The position numbers and the translations under genes were made by a program. Under the pieces are notes generated by a model, which was given only the letters and a program-made list of their open reading frames with translations, was not told the DNA's origin and did not search any database. Below, piece by piece: positions 10,691 to 21,898 of a stretch of 64,000 nucleotides of DNA; position 1 is the first letter of the stretch; every line of letters begins with the position of its first letter. The DNA is from Hydrogenothermaceae bacterium. GTDB lineage: Bacteria > Aquificota > Aquificia > Aquificales > Hydrogenothermaceae. The stretch is from positions 74,620 to 138,619 of the forward strand of contig JAOABC010000005.1 in the NCBI GenBank assembly GCA_026418535.1, written 5' to 3'.

Positions 10691-11910
10691 ATCTGGATCT
10701 TATACTCCTTCATCTTCCTCCAGAGGGTGACCGGACTGACTCCGAGTAGTCTGGCAGCCTCTTTTCTGTTTCCCTTTGCCTTTTTCAGAGCTTCTATTAT
10801 CCTTCTCTCCTCACTGAAGAGGAACTCTTCGTCCACTTTGACTTTATCTACACCTGGTTCGAAAGACACTATTTCTTCGTAAAGGTCTTTGAGCTCCACT
10901 ATACCCTTTGACCCTGTGAGGATAGACACAGACTCGAGGAATGCTATTAACTCCCTGACGTTACCGTACCAATCTCTTTCCAGGATGAACTTCATAGCTT
11001 CTGTAGTCATCCTCTTGTTTTTCCTGTACAGGAAACTGTTAACTATTAGAGGTATATCTTCTTTTCTCTCCCTTAAAGGGGGTATCTCTATCTTTATAAC
11101 AGCAAGCCTGTAGTATAAGTCACTTCTAAAATTCCCAGATTTTATTTCTTCTAGTAAGTTTTTGTTAGTAGCGGAGATTATCCTAACATCCACTTTTTTT
11201 ATTCTATTGGCTCCTAACCTCTCAAACTCTTTCGTATCTACGAATATAAGGAGCTTCGCTTGGGAGATCAGAGATAGATCACCAACCTCATCTAAGAAGA
11301 GGGTTCCTCCGTCTGCTACTTCCACCTTCCCAGGTTTGGAGTTCACCGCTCCAGTAAAAGCTCCCTTCTCATAACCGAAGAACTCAGATTCGAACAGTGT
11401 CTCTGGAATGGCAGAACAGTTTACAGAGACGAAGTTCTCTTTAGACCTATTACTATGGAAGTGTATCCACCTTGCAAGTTTCGACTTTCCTGTTCCTGTC
11501 TCTCCAACAATCAAAACAGAAACATCGCTCTGAGCCACTAAAGAAGCTCTCTCCAACATCTTTTTCATCTTTATATTCTGAGTGTTGAAAGTTAAGAAGT
11601 CTTCCTTAAAAGATGGTAGAGTCTGATTAACAAGCTGTAAAAGGTAACCACTAAGTGCACCATTCAGGTCGTAGAGCTTTTGGGAGATGACGTAAGGCTT
11701 ATACAGTTCTCCGGTCTTTCCCTTTAGAGTGCACAGGAAAGATTGAGACTCAAGGAGATTCTTAATATTCTTGTCAAATATTAGGGTTATATCTTCTTCA
11801 TATAGTTCAGAGTCAGTGTAACCAAGCATATCCACAAGATACTGACTTACTTTCATAATCCTCAGGTCTCTGTCTAGGATAAGGATAGGTAATGTATCTA
11901 TAAACCTCAT
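10687..11910 (-). CDS. Sigma-54-dependent transcriptional activator with N-terminal PAS-like sensor (no receiver domain)
   Basis: AAA+ Walker A GETGTGKS. Sigma-54 contact loop [16 protein letters not shown]-terminal Fis-type HTH ([21 protein letters not shown]). AAGGAG SD 6 nt upstream. Confidence 0.9.
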   Translation of the reverse strand: MRFIDTLPILILDRDLRIMKVSQYLVDMLGYTDSELYEEDITLIFDKNIKNLLESQSFLCTLKGKTGELYKPYVISQKLYDLNGALSGYLLQLVNQTLPSFKEDFLTFNTQNIKMKKMLERASLVAQSDVSVLIVGETGTGKSKLARWIHFHSNRSKENFVSVNCSAIPETLFESEFFGYEKGAFTGAVNSKPGKVEVADGGTLFLDEVGDLSLISQAKLLIFVDTKEFERLGANRIKKVDVRIISATNKNLLEEIKSGNFRSDLYYRLAVIKIEIPPLRERKEDIPLIVNSFLYRKNKRMTTEAMKFILERDWYGNVRELIAFLESVSILTGSKGIVELKDLYEEIVSFEPGVDKVKVDEEFLFSEERRIIEALKKAKGNRKEAARLLGVSPVTLWRKMKEYKIQI

Positions 11911-11913
11911 GAC

Positions 11914-12765
11914 TTACTCCTTCAAAGACGCCATAATCTCCTCGTAAGCTTTGTAGTCTCCATTTTCCTTGTATAGCTTTGCAAGGGTATACTTTATATC
12001 TTTATTGTTCTGATGGTAGGATCTAGCCCTCTCTAGTATCTCTATAAACCCTGCAGGCTTCTTTCCGGTCTTTGAGTATACATCTATAAGGAACTCTAAT
12101 GCAGGTAGATAATCTGGTTTTATACTGAGAGCCTCTTTTGCAGATTCTAAGGCTAACTCCTCTTGGCCTATTTGGTGATAGAGAGATGCTACTTTATACT
12201 TCAGGGTATAGTCTGTCTGCTTCTCCGCAAACGCTCGGAGATAGAAGAATATAGCGTATCTGTAATTACCAGCGGACTCATACTCTCTCCCTTTCTTCAC
12301 AAAGAAGTCGTACCTTGAAAGGATAACCTCTGGAACGGATATCTGCTGAGAGGAGAAGGAGAGGTTTATAGGAGGTATGTTGCTAGTTATGTTCTTCAGA
12401 TCAGGAAGTTTTATACTCTTTTTGGCTATATCTTCAATTATCTCCTCTTCAGACTTTATATGCCTCTGTCTGACATCTTCCAGACTTACACTCTGAGATA
12501 ACACTTTCTCCACACTTTTAACCACTTCTTCTACATTCAAAAAGTTCTCCAGGATTCTGTAGGAATCTGTCTTCATATTGTACAGGTCGTAGCCGGCGTA
12601 GATGATAAAAAGATAAGCAACGATGAGAGTAAACTTTATAAAAAAATGCTTTTTCTTTTCTCTATTCTTTCTCTTCATCACAGAAAGAGGGTGAACTCTA
12701 CCTTCTCTTTCAATATCTGCAAGCTCTTTGGCAGTTCTCTTTAAAAACTCTCCAGTTTGACTCAT
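11914..12765 (-). CDS. Single-pass membrane TPR-repeat protein, function unknown
   Basis: Basic N-terminus, then TM helix FFIKFTLIVAYLFIIYAGY. TPR-like repeats in the C-terminal half (AIFFYLRAF..., ALESAKEALSIKPDY...). Confidence 0.7.
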   Translation of the reverse strand: MSQTGEFLKRTAKELADIEREGRVHPLSVMKRKNREKKKHFFIKFTLIVAYLFIIYAGYDLYNMKTDSYRILENFLNVEEVVKSVEKVLSQSVSLEDVRQRHIKSEEEIIEDIAKKSIKLPDLKNITSNIPPINLSFSSQQISVPEVILSRYDFFVKKGREYESAGNYRYAIFFYLRAFAEKQTDYTLKYKVASLYHQIGQEELALESAKEALSIKPDYLPALEFLIDVYSKTGKKPAGFIEILERARSYHQNNKDIKYTLAKLYKENGDYKAYEEIMASLKE

Positions 12766-12770
12766 CTAAA

Positions 12771-13355
12771 TCACTTCTCTATTTCCCCAGTTAGGTACAG
12801 GTCTAGTATACTACAGATAGCATGTTCCAATGTTAGGTGTACCTCCTGAACCCTTGCGGTAGAGTCTGACCTTACAATAAAAGCTTTGTCCACTATATCC
12901 TTTAACTTTCCTCCGTCTCTCCCAAGAAAACCAACAGTAAATATGCCCATATCCTTTGCTATCCTCACTGCTTCTATCACATTCTTGGAGTTTCCGCTTG
13001 TAGATATACCAATAAGGATATCTCCCTTTCTACCGAGAGCTTCAACCTGTTTAGAGAAAATATTCTCAAACCCATAATCGTTTCCTATAGCTGTTAGGAT
13101 CGAACTGTCTGTTGTGATGGCTATAGCCGAGAATGGTTTTTTTTCTTTTTCAAACCTTCCAACTATCTCCGCAGCAAAATGCTGACTGTCTGCAGCAGAA
13201 CCACCATTACCACATATTAGAACCTTGTATCCCATCTTAAGTCTCTTTCCAAGAAATATGGACAGATTAACTATATCCTCAGCATACTCTTGGACGAACT
13301 CTCTTTTTAGTCTACTACTTTCCTGAAAGATATCAACAATTGTCTCCTCAAGCAT
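12771..13355 (-). CDS. gmhA: SIS-domain phosphoheptose isomerase (GmhA/DiaA family)
   Basis: [15 protein letters not shown] and ISTSGNS motifs. I prefer the ATG at 13355 (AAGGAG 8 nt upstream) over the GTG at 13382 used by the ORF track. Confidence 0.85.
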   Translation of the reverse strand: MLEETIVDIFQESSRLKREFVQEYAEDIVNLSIFLGKRLKMGYKVLICGNGGSAADSQHFAAEIVGRFEKEKKPFSAIAITTDSSILTAIGNDYGFENIFSKQVEALGRKGDILIGISTSGNSKNVIEAVRIAKDMGIFTVGFLGRDGGKLKDIVDKAFIVRSDSTARVQEVHLTLEHAICSILDLYLTGEIEK

Positions 13356-13400
13356 GGGATAATCTCCTTGGACTTTATTCACTATCTTATTATAAACCTG

Positions 13401-13409
13401 TGATATAAT
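13401..13409 (+). promoter_or_regulatory. Extended -10 promoter element TGATATAAT for the PepSY-recJ unit
   Basis: Perfect TGnTATAAT about 27 nt upstream of the ATG at 13436. No good -35. Confidence 0.4.
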
Positions 13410-13435
13410 TTTTAAAAACTTTTCTGAGGTCCATT

Positions 13436-13687
13436 ATGAAACTCATTTTGCTTTGTTTAATCTTTTTATCCTCAGTGTCCATAGCTTCGGAGTGCGTTGA
13501 AACAATCCCATTAAACAAGGTAGAATCTATTGCGAAGAGTTATGTTGGAAACATCACCAGTGTGAAACTCTCCAAAGAGAAAAGGGAAAATATATGTGTA
13601 TATAGAGTTAGTGGTTCTAATGGATACGCTGTGATAGATGCATTAAATGGGGAGCTGCTTAGGTTTTCAAAAAGGAAAAGTAGATGA
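13436..13687 (+). CDS. Small secreted PepSY-like protein
   Basis: Signal peptide MKLILLCLIFLSSVSIAS. PepSY-like C-terminus YRVSGSNGYAVIDALNGELL. ATGA overlap with recJ. Confidence 0.6.
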   Translation: MKLILLCLIFLSSVSIASECVETIPLNKVESIAKSYVGNITSVKLSKEKRENICVYRVSGSNGYAVIDALNGELLRFSKRKSR

Positions 13688-15441
13688 AGGTGGGACTCTC
13701 CGGATATCAGTGGATTGTGTTAGGGGAGATAAATAGGCCCTCTCAGTTTTTACTGGAGAAGTATGGAAAAGTCCTAGGCCAACTGCTTTACAACAGAAAA
13801 GAGCTCTTTGACGATAGATTCTCAGAGGAGTATATAGTCCCAAGCTTAAGCAACCTACTAAAACCCTCTTTCTTTAACCATCTTGAAGAGATAGCTCTGA
13901 AGCTAACAGAAAGTATCCGGAAAAACAAGAGGATAGTAGTTTATGGAGACTACGATGCAGATGGTATAACTAGTACATCTATGCTGGTAAACTTTTTTAG
14001 AAATACTAACGCTTACTGTAAATACTATATACCAAGTAGGTTTGATGAAGGATATGGTTTAAACAAGAATGCAATAAAATCCATCTCTGAGTATGGAGAT
14101 GTTCTAATCGTTGTAGATAGCGGAACAAATGCTTTTGAAGAGCTACTATTAGCAAAACAGCTTGGATTAGAGGTGTACGTTTTAGACCATCACGAACCCT
14201 CAGAGAGATGGAAAGAGATAAAACCTCCTTATTTTGTTGAAGGTGTAAATATCATAAACCCAAAATTCTTTGAGGATATAAACCCTCTATTTAAACATCT
14301 TGCTTCTGTAGGTATAGCCTTCTATCTCATAGCTGTTTTAAAGAGACTCCTGGGCGTAGATGTAAAACTGAGGAACTTTCTTGATATAGTAGCCCTTGGA
14401 ACTGTAACAGACTTAGTCCCCATGTCTTTCATAAACAGAGTTCTGGTAAAGACAGGGTTAGAAGAGATAAACAAAAAGAAGAGAGTAGGTATAAAGAAGC
14501 TTATAGAACATGCAGGTATAGATAGGGAAATATCATCTTCAGATATAAGCTTCTACATAGGTCCTAGGATAAACGCCTCCGGAAGACTCTCTGACGCAAG
14601 AAAAGCAGTTAAGCTACTTGTTACTAACGACAACGTAAAAGCTCAGATGTTAGCTTTAGAACTGGAAAGTTTAAATAAGAAAAGACAAAAGATAACTGAT
14701 GAAGTTACCTCCCAGGCAGAGAAAAAACTTCTAAACTACCCATACAAAAATATTATCGTTGTAGACGAGGAGAACTGGCACAGTGGAGTTATTGGTATAG
14801 TAGCAGGGAAACTGGCTCAGAAGTATATGCTACCTTCTGTAGTTCTAACTAAGGAAAATGGAAAGGCTGTTGGCTCTGCCCGGAGTGTATCCAAAGTGAA
14901 CATATACAGAGCTCTAAGTATGTGTTCTGACCTTTTTGAGAAATTTGGTGGACACTCTGCAGCCGCTGGTTTTACAATACGTTCAGATAAGATAGAAGAG
15001 TTTAAAGAAAGATTAGATAGGTCGATTAAAGACGTTGCTGAGGAGAAGCCTTGGGCAGTAAAGGAAATAGATATGGAGATCCCCCTTAGCTACTGGGATA
15101 AGCAGAAAATAAAGGAAATATACATACTAGAACCTTTTGGGGAGAAAAACCCAAAACCAAAGTTCTTAGCTACAAACCTCAGACTTGAATACTTTGAAGT
15201 GCCTTACAGATCTCTGATAGTCCTCACACTAGTTGACAGTGAAAAAAAGACCTTCATCTGTAAATGGTGGAAGAGTGGTGAGGTAGTAAAACAGTTGGCT
15301 GTAGGTCAGTTCTTGGATGTGGTTTACACACCAGCAGTGTCATCTTACAAAGGTGTGGAAAGTATAGAGTTCTACGTAGAGGATATAAGAATCATTAAGG
15401 AACAAAGAGATATTCATCCTTATACCAACCCCAAACAGTAG
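13684..15441 (+). CDS. recJ: Single-stranded-DNA-specific exonuclease RecJ
   Basis: DHH family motifs VYGDYDADGITS, VDSG, LDHHE. DHHA1 motif GGHSAAAGF. Confidence 0.92.
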   Translation: MKVGLSGYQWIVLGEINRPSQFLLEKYGKVLGQLLYNRKELFDDRFSEEYIVPSLSNLLKPSFFNHLEEIALKLTESIRKNKRIVVYGDYDADGITSTSMLVNFFRNTNAYCKYYIPSRFDEGYGLNKNAIKSISEYGDVLIVVDSGTNAFEELLLAKQLGLEVYVLDHHEPSERWKEIKPPYFVEGVNIINPKFFEDINPLFKHLASVGIAFYLIAVLKRLLGVDVKLRNFLDIVALGTVTDLVPMSFINRVLVKTGLEEINKKKRVGIKKLIEHAGIDREISSSDISFYIGPRINASGRLSDARKAVKLLVTNDNVKAQMLALELESLNKKRQKITDEVTSQAEKKLLNYPYKNIIVVDEENWHSGVIGIVAGKLAQKYMLPSVVLTKENGKAVGSARSVSKVNIYRALSMCSDLFEKFGGHSAAAGFTIRSDKIEEFKERLDRSIKDVAEEKPWAVKEIDMEIPLSYWDKQKIKEIYILEPFGEKNPKPKFLATNLRLEYFEVPYRSLIVLTLVDSEKKTFICKWWKSGEVVKQLAVGQFLDVVYTPAVSSYKGVESIEFYVEDIRIIKEQRDIHPYTNPKQ

Positions 15442-17131
15442 GAAACACATTCTTTAGCTTGTTCCTAACCACTATTAACTCTTGAGGTGCAACGATAAAT
15501 ATCATGGGTTGGTACTCTCCTATTATTCTGAAAGCCTCTCTATAGAGGATATCTCTTCTCTGTTGGTCTAGCTCAACGGCAGCCTGATTGAAAAAACTGT
15601 CTATCCTCTCTTCCCACTCTGTAGCTGGTCTCTTCTGTTTTGGGTTCCACATATGCATCTGTCCGGAAGATAACCACACATTCTGCCCAAAGTATGGGTC
15701 CATACTACCAGTTAAACCTATTATAACCGCATCGTAGTCATAGTTTGACATAAGCTTGGATACTAAGTTATTAAAGTCAAGGCCTTGAAAATTAACCTCT
15801 ATACCTATCTTCTTCAAGTCCTCTTTTATTATGTTACCTATAGACTCTCTCTCCTTGTTTCCCGCATTCGTGATCAGGTTAAAACTCAACTTATTTCCAT
15901 CTTTATCGTAGAGAAAACCATCTCTCTCTTCTCTGAACCCAATAGACAGTAGCATCCTCTTTGCTTTTTTAAGGTTGTACTCATACTTTAGGTAGTAGTT
16001 CTCGTCGTACAGTCTTCTGTTTGCAGGTGTTACAGCAGTATATATGGGGGTTGCAAGCCCGTTGTAGACCATACTCACGATCCCTTCTCTATCAACAGCA
16101 TGGGAGATAGCCTGACGGAATATTTTGTTTTCAAACCATTTTCTTTTGTACTGTGGAATTGGAGCGTTTGGGTTCTGATTAAACACGATAAACAGAGTAG
16201 ATGGAGTGGCTCCAAGGTTGTATATGGTAAAGTCTCCCCTTTTCGCCTGCTGGCTCAACTTACCTAAATCTGACGGTCTTACACTGTAAAAATCAGCCTC
16301 TCCGGATAAGAACTTTATCAGTGAGACGTCAGGGTCCTTTACTATCTGAGCCCTCACTTCCTTCATATACGGAAGTTTTTGTTCTTTCGCATCTTTCTCC
16401 CAGTAGTACGGATTCTTCTCATACAGGACGTACTGCCCAAGCTGATATTTGACTATCCTGTATGGTCCTGTTCCTACTATTTCTGAAGGATCTGTGTTTA
16501 CAGTCCATGTAGAAGGAAACTTACCCTCAGCTACAGCTCTCTCAAGTTTATGTTTCGGAAGAATAGGCTGAGATAAAGCATTTAGGAAGACCGCAAAAGG
16601 TTTTGGGAGAGTGAACTCAACAGTCCGGTCATCTATCTTCTTAACCTTGAAAGATTTTCCCTCAACAGTCAGGACATCCTTAGAGGAAGAGGGTATACTG
16701 TCGTTGTAGTAGATACTGTTGTACGTGAAGACAACGTCATCGGAGGTGAGAGGTGTTCCATCAGACCATCTGACGTTTCTGAGATAGAACCTCCAAACTG
16801 TTCCATCTTCATTCTTCTCCCAGCTCTCTGCCAAGTCCGGTTCTGGAAGTAACGTTTTCAGATTTGTCCTTGTAAGACCGTTAAACAAGGGTGATACTAT
16901 AGCTGTAGAGCTTGTCTCTTGTGCCATTACAGGATTTAGTGTCTTAGCGTCTGAAGACAGGTTTTTTCTTATTGTACCTCCCTCTACCCCTAAAGTAGGT
17001 TCGAGATTTTGGATATCTATCTCTTTTAATCTGACGGAGCTTTCAGAGTTTGATGGGGTTATAAAATAGATAGGCAGAAACAGTATTATCAGAGTAAGGA
17101 AAGCTAAGGACAGGTTTCTAATCTCTATCAT
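15395..17131 (-). CDS. ABC transporter substrate-binding protein, family 5 (peptide/nickel type)
   Basis: 578 aa with an N-terminal signal/TM. Typical family-5 SBP stretches (WSDGTPLTSDDVVFTYN, GTGPYRIVKY). Confidence 0.85.
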   Translation of the reverse strand: MIEIRNLSLAFLTLIILFLPIYFITPSNSESSVRLKEIDIQNLEPTLGVEGGTIRKNLSSDAKTLNPVMAQETSSTAIVSPLFNGLTRTNLKTLLPEPDLAESWEKNEDGTVWRFYLRNVRWSDGTPLTSDDVVFTYNSIYYNDSIPSSSKDVLTVEGKSFKVKKIDDRTVEFTLPKPFAVFLNALSQPILPKHKLERAVAEGKFPSTWTVNTDPSEIVGTGPYRIVKYQLGQYVLYEKNPYYWEKDAKEQKLPYMKEVRAQIVKDPDVSLIKFLSGEADFYSVRPSDLGKLSQQAKRGDFTIYNLGATPSTLFIVFNQNPNAPIPQYKRKWFENKIFRQAISHAVDREGIVSMVYNGLATPIYTAVTPANRRLYDENYYLKYEYNLKKAKRMLLSIGFREERDGFLYDKDGNKLSFNLITNAGNKERESIGNIIKEDLKKIGIEVNFQGLDFNNLVSKLMSNYDYDAVIIGLTGSMDPYFGQNVWLSSGQMHMWNPKQKRPATEWEERIDSFFNQAAVELDQQRRDILYREAFRIIGEYQPMIFIVAPQELIVVRNKLKNVFPTVWGWYKDEYLFVP

Positions 17132-17285
17132 CTCTTTTTGCTTCTTCTACGAGAAGTATAGGTATACCATCCTCAATCGGATACTTCAGTTCACATACTC
17201 TACACACCAAGTATCCTTCTGACTCTTCTAGGTCCCCTTTACAGGCTGGACAGCAGAGAACCTGAAGTATATCTCTATCTATCAT
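17118..17285 (-). CDS. Trm112/YcaR (UPF0434) family zinc-ribbon protein, 55 aa (below the ORF-track cutoff)
   Basis: My translation is [55 protein letters not shown]. It shows the signature CPxC...C..C...YPI.DGIP.LL..EA. The ATG overlaps the yggS stop (TGATG). The 3' end overlaps the SBP gene start by 14 nt. Confidence 0.75.
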   Translation of the reverse strand: MIDRDILQVLCCPACKGDLEESEGYLVCRVCELKYPIEDGIPILLVEEAKRDDRD

Positions 17286-17968
17286 CAGCTCCTCTCTCCG
17301 AATATAGCACTTCCTATCCTAACTATGGTGGCACCCTCCTCTATTGCAACCTCAAAATCGCGAGACATACCCATAGATAGGTGCTTTAAGTTAACATTAT
17401 AACTCTTTTCAAGCTGTTCTTTCAGGTCTCTAAGCTTAGCAAAGAAAGGCCTAACCTTCTCAACATCTTCGAAATAAGGAGGTATAGCCATCAGCCCCTC
17501 AACTTTTATACTATTTTTCTTCTGACAGTATTCAAACAACTGAAACAGTTTATCTTCATCCACACCATACTTAGATTCCTCTCCAAAGTTTACCTCTATA
17601 AGACAACTCTGTATCTTACCAATCCTCTCAGCTCTTTTGTTTATCTCGTTAGCAAGTTCTTCTCTGTCTAAAGAGTGGATGATCTGAAAGTAATTTACAG
17701 CATGTTTTGCTTTGTTTATCTGAAGCCCACCTATCAGATGCCAATGTATATCCTTGTAGTCTATGAGTTCATTTATCTTCTCTACACCTTCCTGAACTCT
17801 ATTTTCACCAAAGTATCTTACACCACATCTGTAAGCTTCTAGAATCTTATCCACAGACTGAGTTTTAGAGGCTGCCAGGAGTATCACTTCTTCTAAGTTC
17901 CTCCCAGCCCTATCACAAGCCCTCTCTATCTTCTTCCTTACAATCTCTACCCTGGTACAGATGTCCAT
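17285..17968 (-). CDS. yggS: YggS-family pyridoxal-phosphate homeostasis protein
   Basis: Alanine-racemase-N fold protein with LAASKTQ (PLP Lys). ATG at 17968 has a GGGAG SD. The TTG at 18007 used by the ORF track would lie inside a TATAAT box (17996-18001, minus strand). Confidence 0.85.
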   Translation of the reverse strand: MDICTRVEIVRKKIERACDRAGRNLEEVILLAASKTQSVDKILEAYRCGVRYFGENRVQEGVEKINELIDYKDIHWHLIGGLQINKAKHAVNYFQIIHSLDREELANEINKRAERIGKIQSCLIEVNFGEESKYGVDEDKLFQLFEYCQKKNSIKVEGLMAIPPYFEDVEKVRPFFAKLRDLKEQLEKSYNVNLKHLSMGMSRDFEVAIEEGATIVRIGSAIFGERS

Positions 17969-18061
17969 CTTCACTCCCAAAACAGCGGTTGAAATATTAT
18001 ACTCCAAAAAGATATTAGTTTAACTTAGTAAAATAATATTATGCTAATATAATCAATCCTC

Positions 18062-18090
18062 TTGACAAAAGTGAGATTATGGTGTATTAT
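18062..18090 (+). promoter_or_regulatory. Sigma70-type promoter of groES-groEL
   Basis: TTGACA (18062-18067), 17-nt spacer, TATTAT (18085-18090), about 44 nt upstream of the groES ATG. Confidence 0.6.
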
Positions 18091-18133
18091 TTAAAATGTA
18101 ATAAAAAAATTTAGAGCAAGGAGGTAAGACAGT

Positions 18134-18430
18134 ATGGTGAAGCTAAAACCTCTATACGACAGGGTTGTTATTAAAAGAGTAGAGGAAGAGGTGGCAAAAA
18201 CTCCTGCAGGTATCATCATCCCAGACACTGCGAAGGAAAAGCCTCAGGTAGGAGAGGTAGTAGCAGTAGGAGAAGGAAAACTTCTTGAGAATGGAAACTG
18301 TGTCCCTCTCAAAGTTAAAGTTGGTGACAAGGTCTACTTTAGCAAGTATGCTGGAAACGAGGTTAAAGTAGACGGTGAGGAATTGATCATCCTAAGAGAA
18401 GAAGATATCCTTGCAATTATAGAGCAATAA
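18134..18430 (+). CDS. groES: Co-chaperonin GroES
   Basis: 98 aa. [16 protein letters not shown]...[13 protein letters not shown] mobile loop. AAGGAGG SD. Confidence 0.97.
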   Translation: MVKLKPLYDRVVIKRVEEEVAKTPAGIIIPDTAKEKPQVGEVVAVGEGKLLENGNCVPLKVKVGDKVYFSKYAGNEVKVDGEELIILREEDILAIIEQ

Positions 18431-18460
18431 AAAATTTAAGATAAGGAGGTAAGACGGGCA

Positions 18461-20098
<1,638 letters not shown>

Positions 20099-20125
20099 AG
20101 GGTAAACTCACCTCCCATACTTATC

Positions 20126-20157
20126 AAAGCCCCCATAAAGGGGGCTTTTTTATTTTT
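20126..20157 (+). terminator. Rho-independent terminator of groESL
   Basis: 9-bp stem AAAGCCCCC/GGGGGCTTT with a 5-nt loop, followed by TTTTTTATTTTT. Confidence 0.8.
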
Positions 20158-20195
20158 AGGGTAAAATATTTATCTAAAATATCCAGAGGTAAACT

Positions 20196-21875
20196 ATGCC
20201 AAAGAGAACAGACATAGAGAAAATCATGCTTATAGGATCTGGGCCAATCATAATAGGTCAGGCTGCAGAGTTTGATTACTCTGGAACACAGGGAGCAAAA
20301 GCTCTAAAGGAAGAGGGTTACGAGGTTATCCTAGTAAATTCAAACCCAGCCACAATTATGACGGACCCAGATATAGTAGACAGAACCTATATAGAACCTC
20401 TTATAACACCCGTGATAGAGAGGATAATAGAGAAGGAGAGGCCTGATGCAATTCTTCCAACCTTAGGTGGACAGACAGCCCTGAACCTTGCGATAGACCT
20501 CCACGAGAAAGGCATACTAGACAGATACGGTGTAAAGCTCATAGGAGCTAATTACAACGCTATAAAGAAAGCTGAGGACAGAGACCTATTCAAGAAGGCT
20601 ATGGAGAACATAGGCCTCTTTATGCCAAAGAGTTCTGTGGTAAAGTCCTTAGCAGAGGCCGAGGATGTAATACGATGGATAGGTTTTCCGGTGATCATCA
20701 GACCATCCTTTACATTAGGAGGAACTGGAGGAAGTATAGCTTACAACATAGATGAATTTTTTCCAAAGGTAAAGGCAGGTTTAGAAGCTTCTCCCATTGG
20801 AGAGGTTCTACTAGAGGAGTCTGTGATAGGATGGAAAGAGTTCGAGATGGAAGTGATGAGGGACAAGAACGATAACTGTGTTATAGTCTGCTCCATAGAA
20901 AACTTAGATCCAATGGGGGTCCACACAGGAGACAGTATAACCATAGCACCTGCGATAACACTTTCAGACAGAGAGTACCAGATACTTAGAGACTACTCTA
21001 TAGCGGTGATAAGAGAGATAGGAGTTGAAACAGGGGGTTCAAACGTCCAGTTTTCTCAGAACCCTAAAACTGGAGAGTTTTATGTTATCGAGATGAACCC
21101 AAGGGTTTCCCGCTCTTCAGCTCTTGCATCCAAAGCAACCGGTTTTCCGATTGCAAAGATAGCAGCAAAGCTTGCAGTAGGCTACACCTTAGATGAGCTG
21201 GCCAACGATATTACAAAGAAAACTCCGGCATCCTTCGAACCAACTATAGACTATGTAGTAGTTAAAATACCAAGGTTCGACTTCCCCAAGTTCCCTGAAG
21301 CAGACCCAACATTGACCACTATGATGAAGTCCGTAGGGGAGATAATGTCTATAGGAAGAACTTTTAAAGAGAGTTTGCAGAAGGCTCTGCGGAGTTTAGA
21401 GCTCGGTAGGTACGGACTCTATTTAGGACTAGAAGATACAGATGACCTAACGGTGAAGGAAAAGATAATAAAACCAAACCCAGACAGGCTCTGGTACATA
21501 GCAGAGGCCTTTAGAAGAGGCTGGAGTGTAGAAGAGGTCAATAGGCTGTCCCACATAGACGTGTGGTTCTTAAGTCAGATAAAGGAGATAGTAGACTACG
21601 AGGCTTATCTCTCCACAAAGGATATACATACCATAACAGAGTCAGAGCTGGAAAAGGCTAAACAGTGGGGATTCTCAGACAGAGAGCTATCAAGACTTCT
21701 AAGAACCTCTGAGGAAGAGATAAGAAAAAGAAGGATACCTGTCAGTTACAAGGTTGTGGATACGTGCGCAGCGGAGTTTGAGGCTTATACCCCTTACTAC
21801 TACTCATCCTATGAGAGTTTAACAGGCTTTTTGAAAGAAGACGGGTCTATAGAGCTCTACAGGGAGAGTGAGTAA
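20196..21875 (+). CDS. carB: Carbamoyl-phosphate synthase large subunit, N-terminal half (stand-alone)
   Basis: 559 aa. [20 protein letters not shown]. First ATP-grasp plus oligomerisation region. Stops where full-length CarB would start its second half. The partner gene is at 55906-57498. Confidence 0.92.
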   Translation: MPKRTDIEKIMLIGSGPIIIGQAAEFDYSGTQGAKALKEEGYEVILVNSNPATIMTDPDIVDRTYIEPLITPVIERIIEKERPDAILPTLGGQTALNLAIDLHEKGILDRYGVKLIGANYNAIKKAEDRDLFKKAMENIGLFMPKSSVVKSLAEAEDVIRWIGFPVIIRPSFTLGGTGGSIAYNIDEFFPKVKAGLEASPIGEVLLEESVIGWKEFEMEVMRDKNDNCVIVCSIENLDPMGVHTGDSITIAPAITLSDREYQILRDYSIAVIREIGVETGGSNVQFSQNPKTGEFYVIEMNPRVSRSSALASKATGFPIAKIAAKLAVGYTLDELANDITKKTPASFEPTIDYVVVKIPRFDFPKFPEADPTLTTMMKSVGEIMSIGRTFKESLQKALRSLELGRYGLYLGLEDTDDLTVKEKIIKPNPDRLWYIAEAFRRGWSVEEVNRLSHIDVWFLSQIKEIVDYEAYLSTKDIHTITESELEKAKQWGFSDRELSRLLRTSEEEIRKRRIPVSYKVVDTCAAEFEAYTPYYYSSYESLTGFLKEDGSIELYRESE

Positions 21876-21898
21876 GGAAAAAAAGAAGGAGATAGAAG

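Noticed and set aside
15395-15441. 47-nt convergent overlap of the recJ and substrate-binding-protein 3' ends.
   Set aside because: Both C-termini look plausible, and tail-to-tail overlaps are common in this compact window. There is no evidence of anything beyond tight packing.
18008-18133. CIRCE (TTAGCACTC-N9-GAGTGCTAA) heat-shock operator upstream of groES.
   Set aside because: No match on either strand. Only a sigma70-like TTGACA-17-TATTAT promoter is present.
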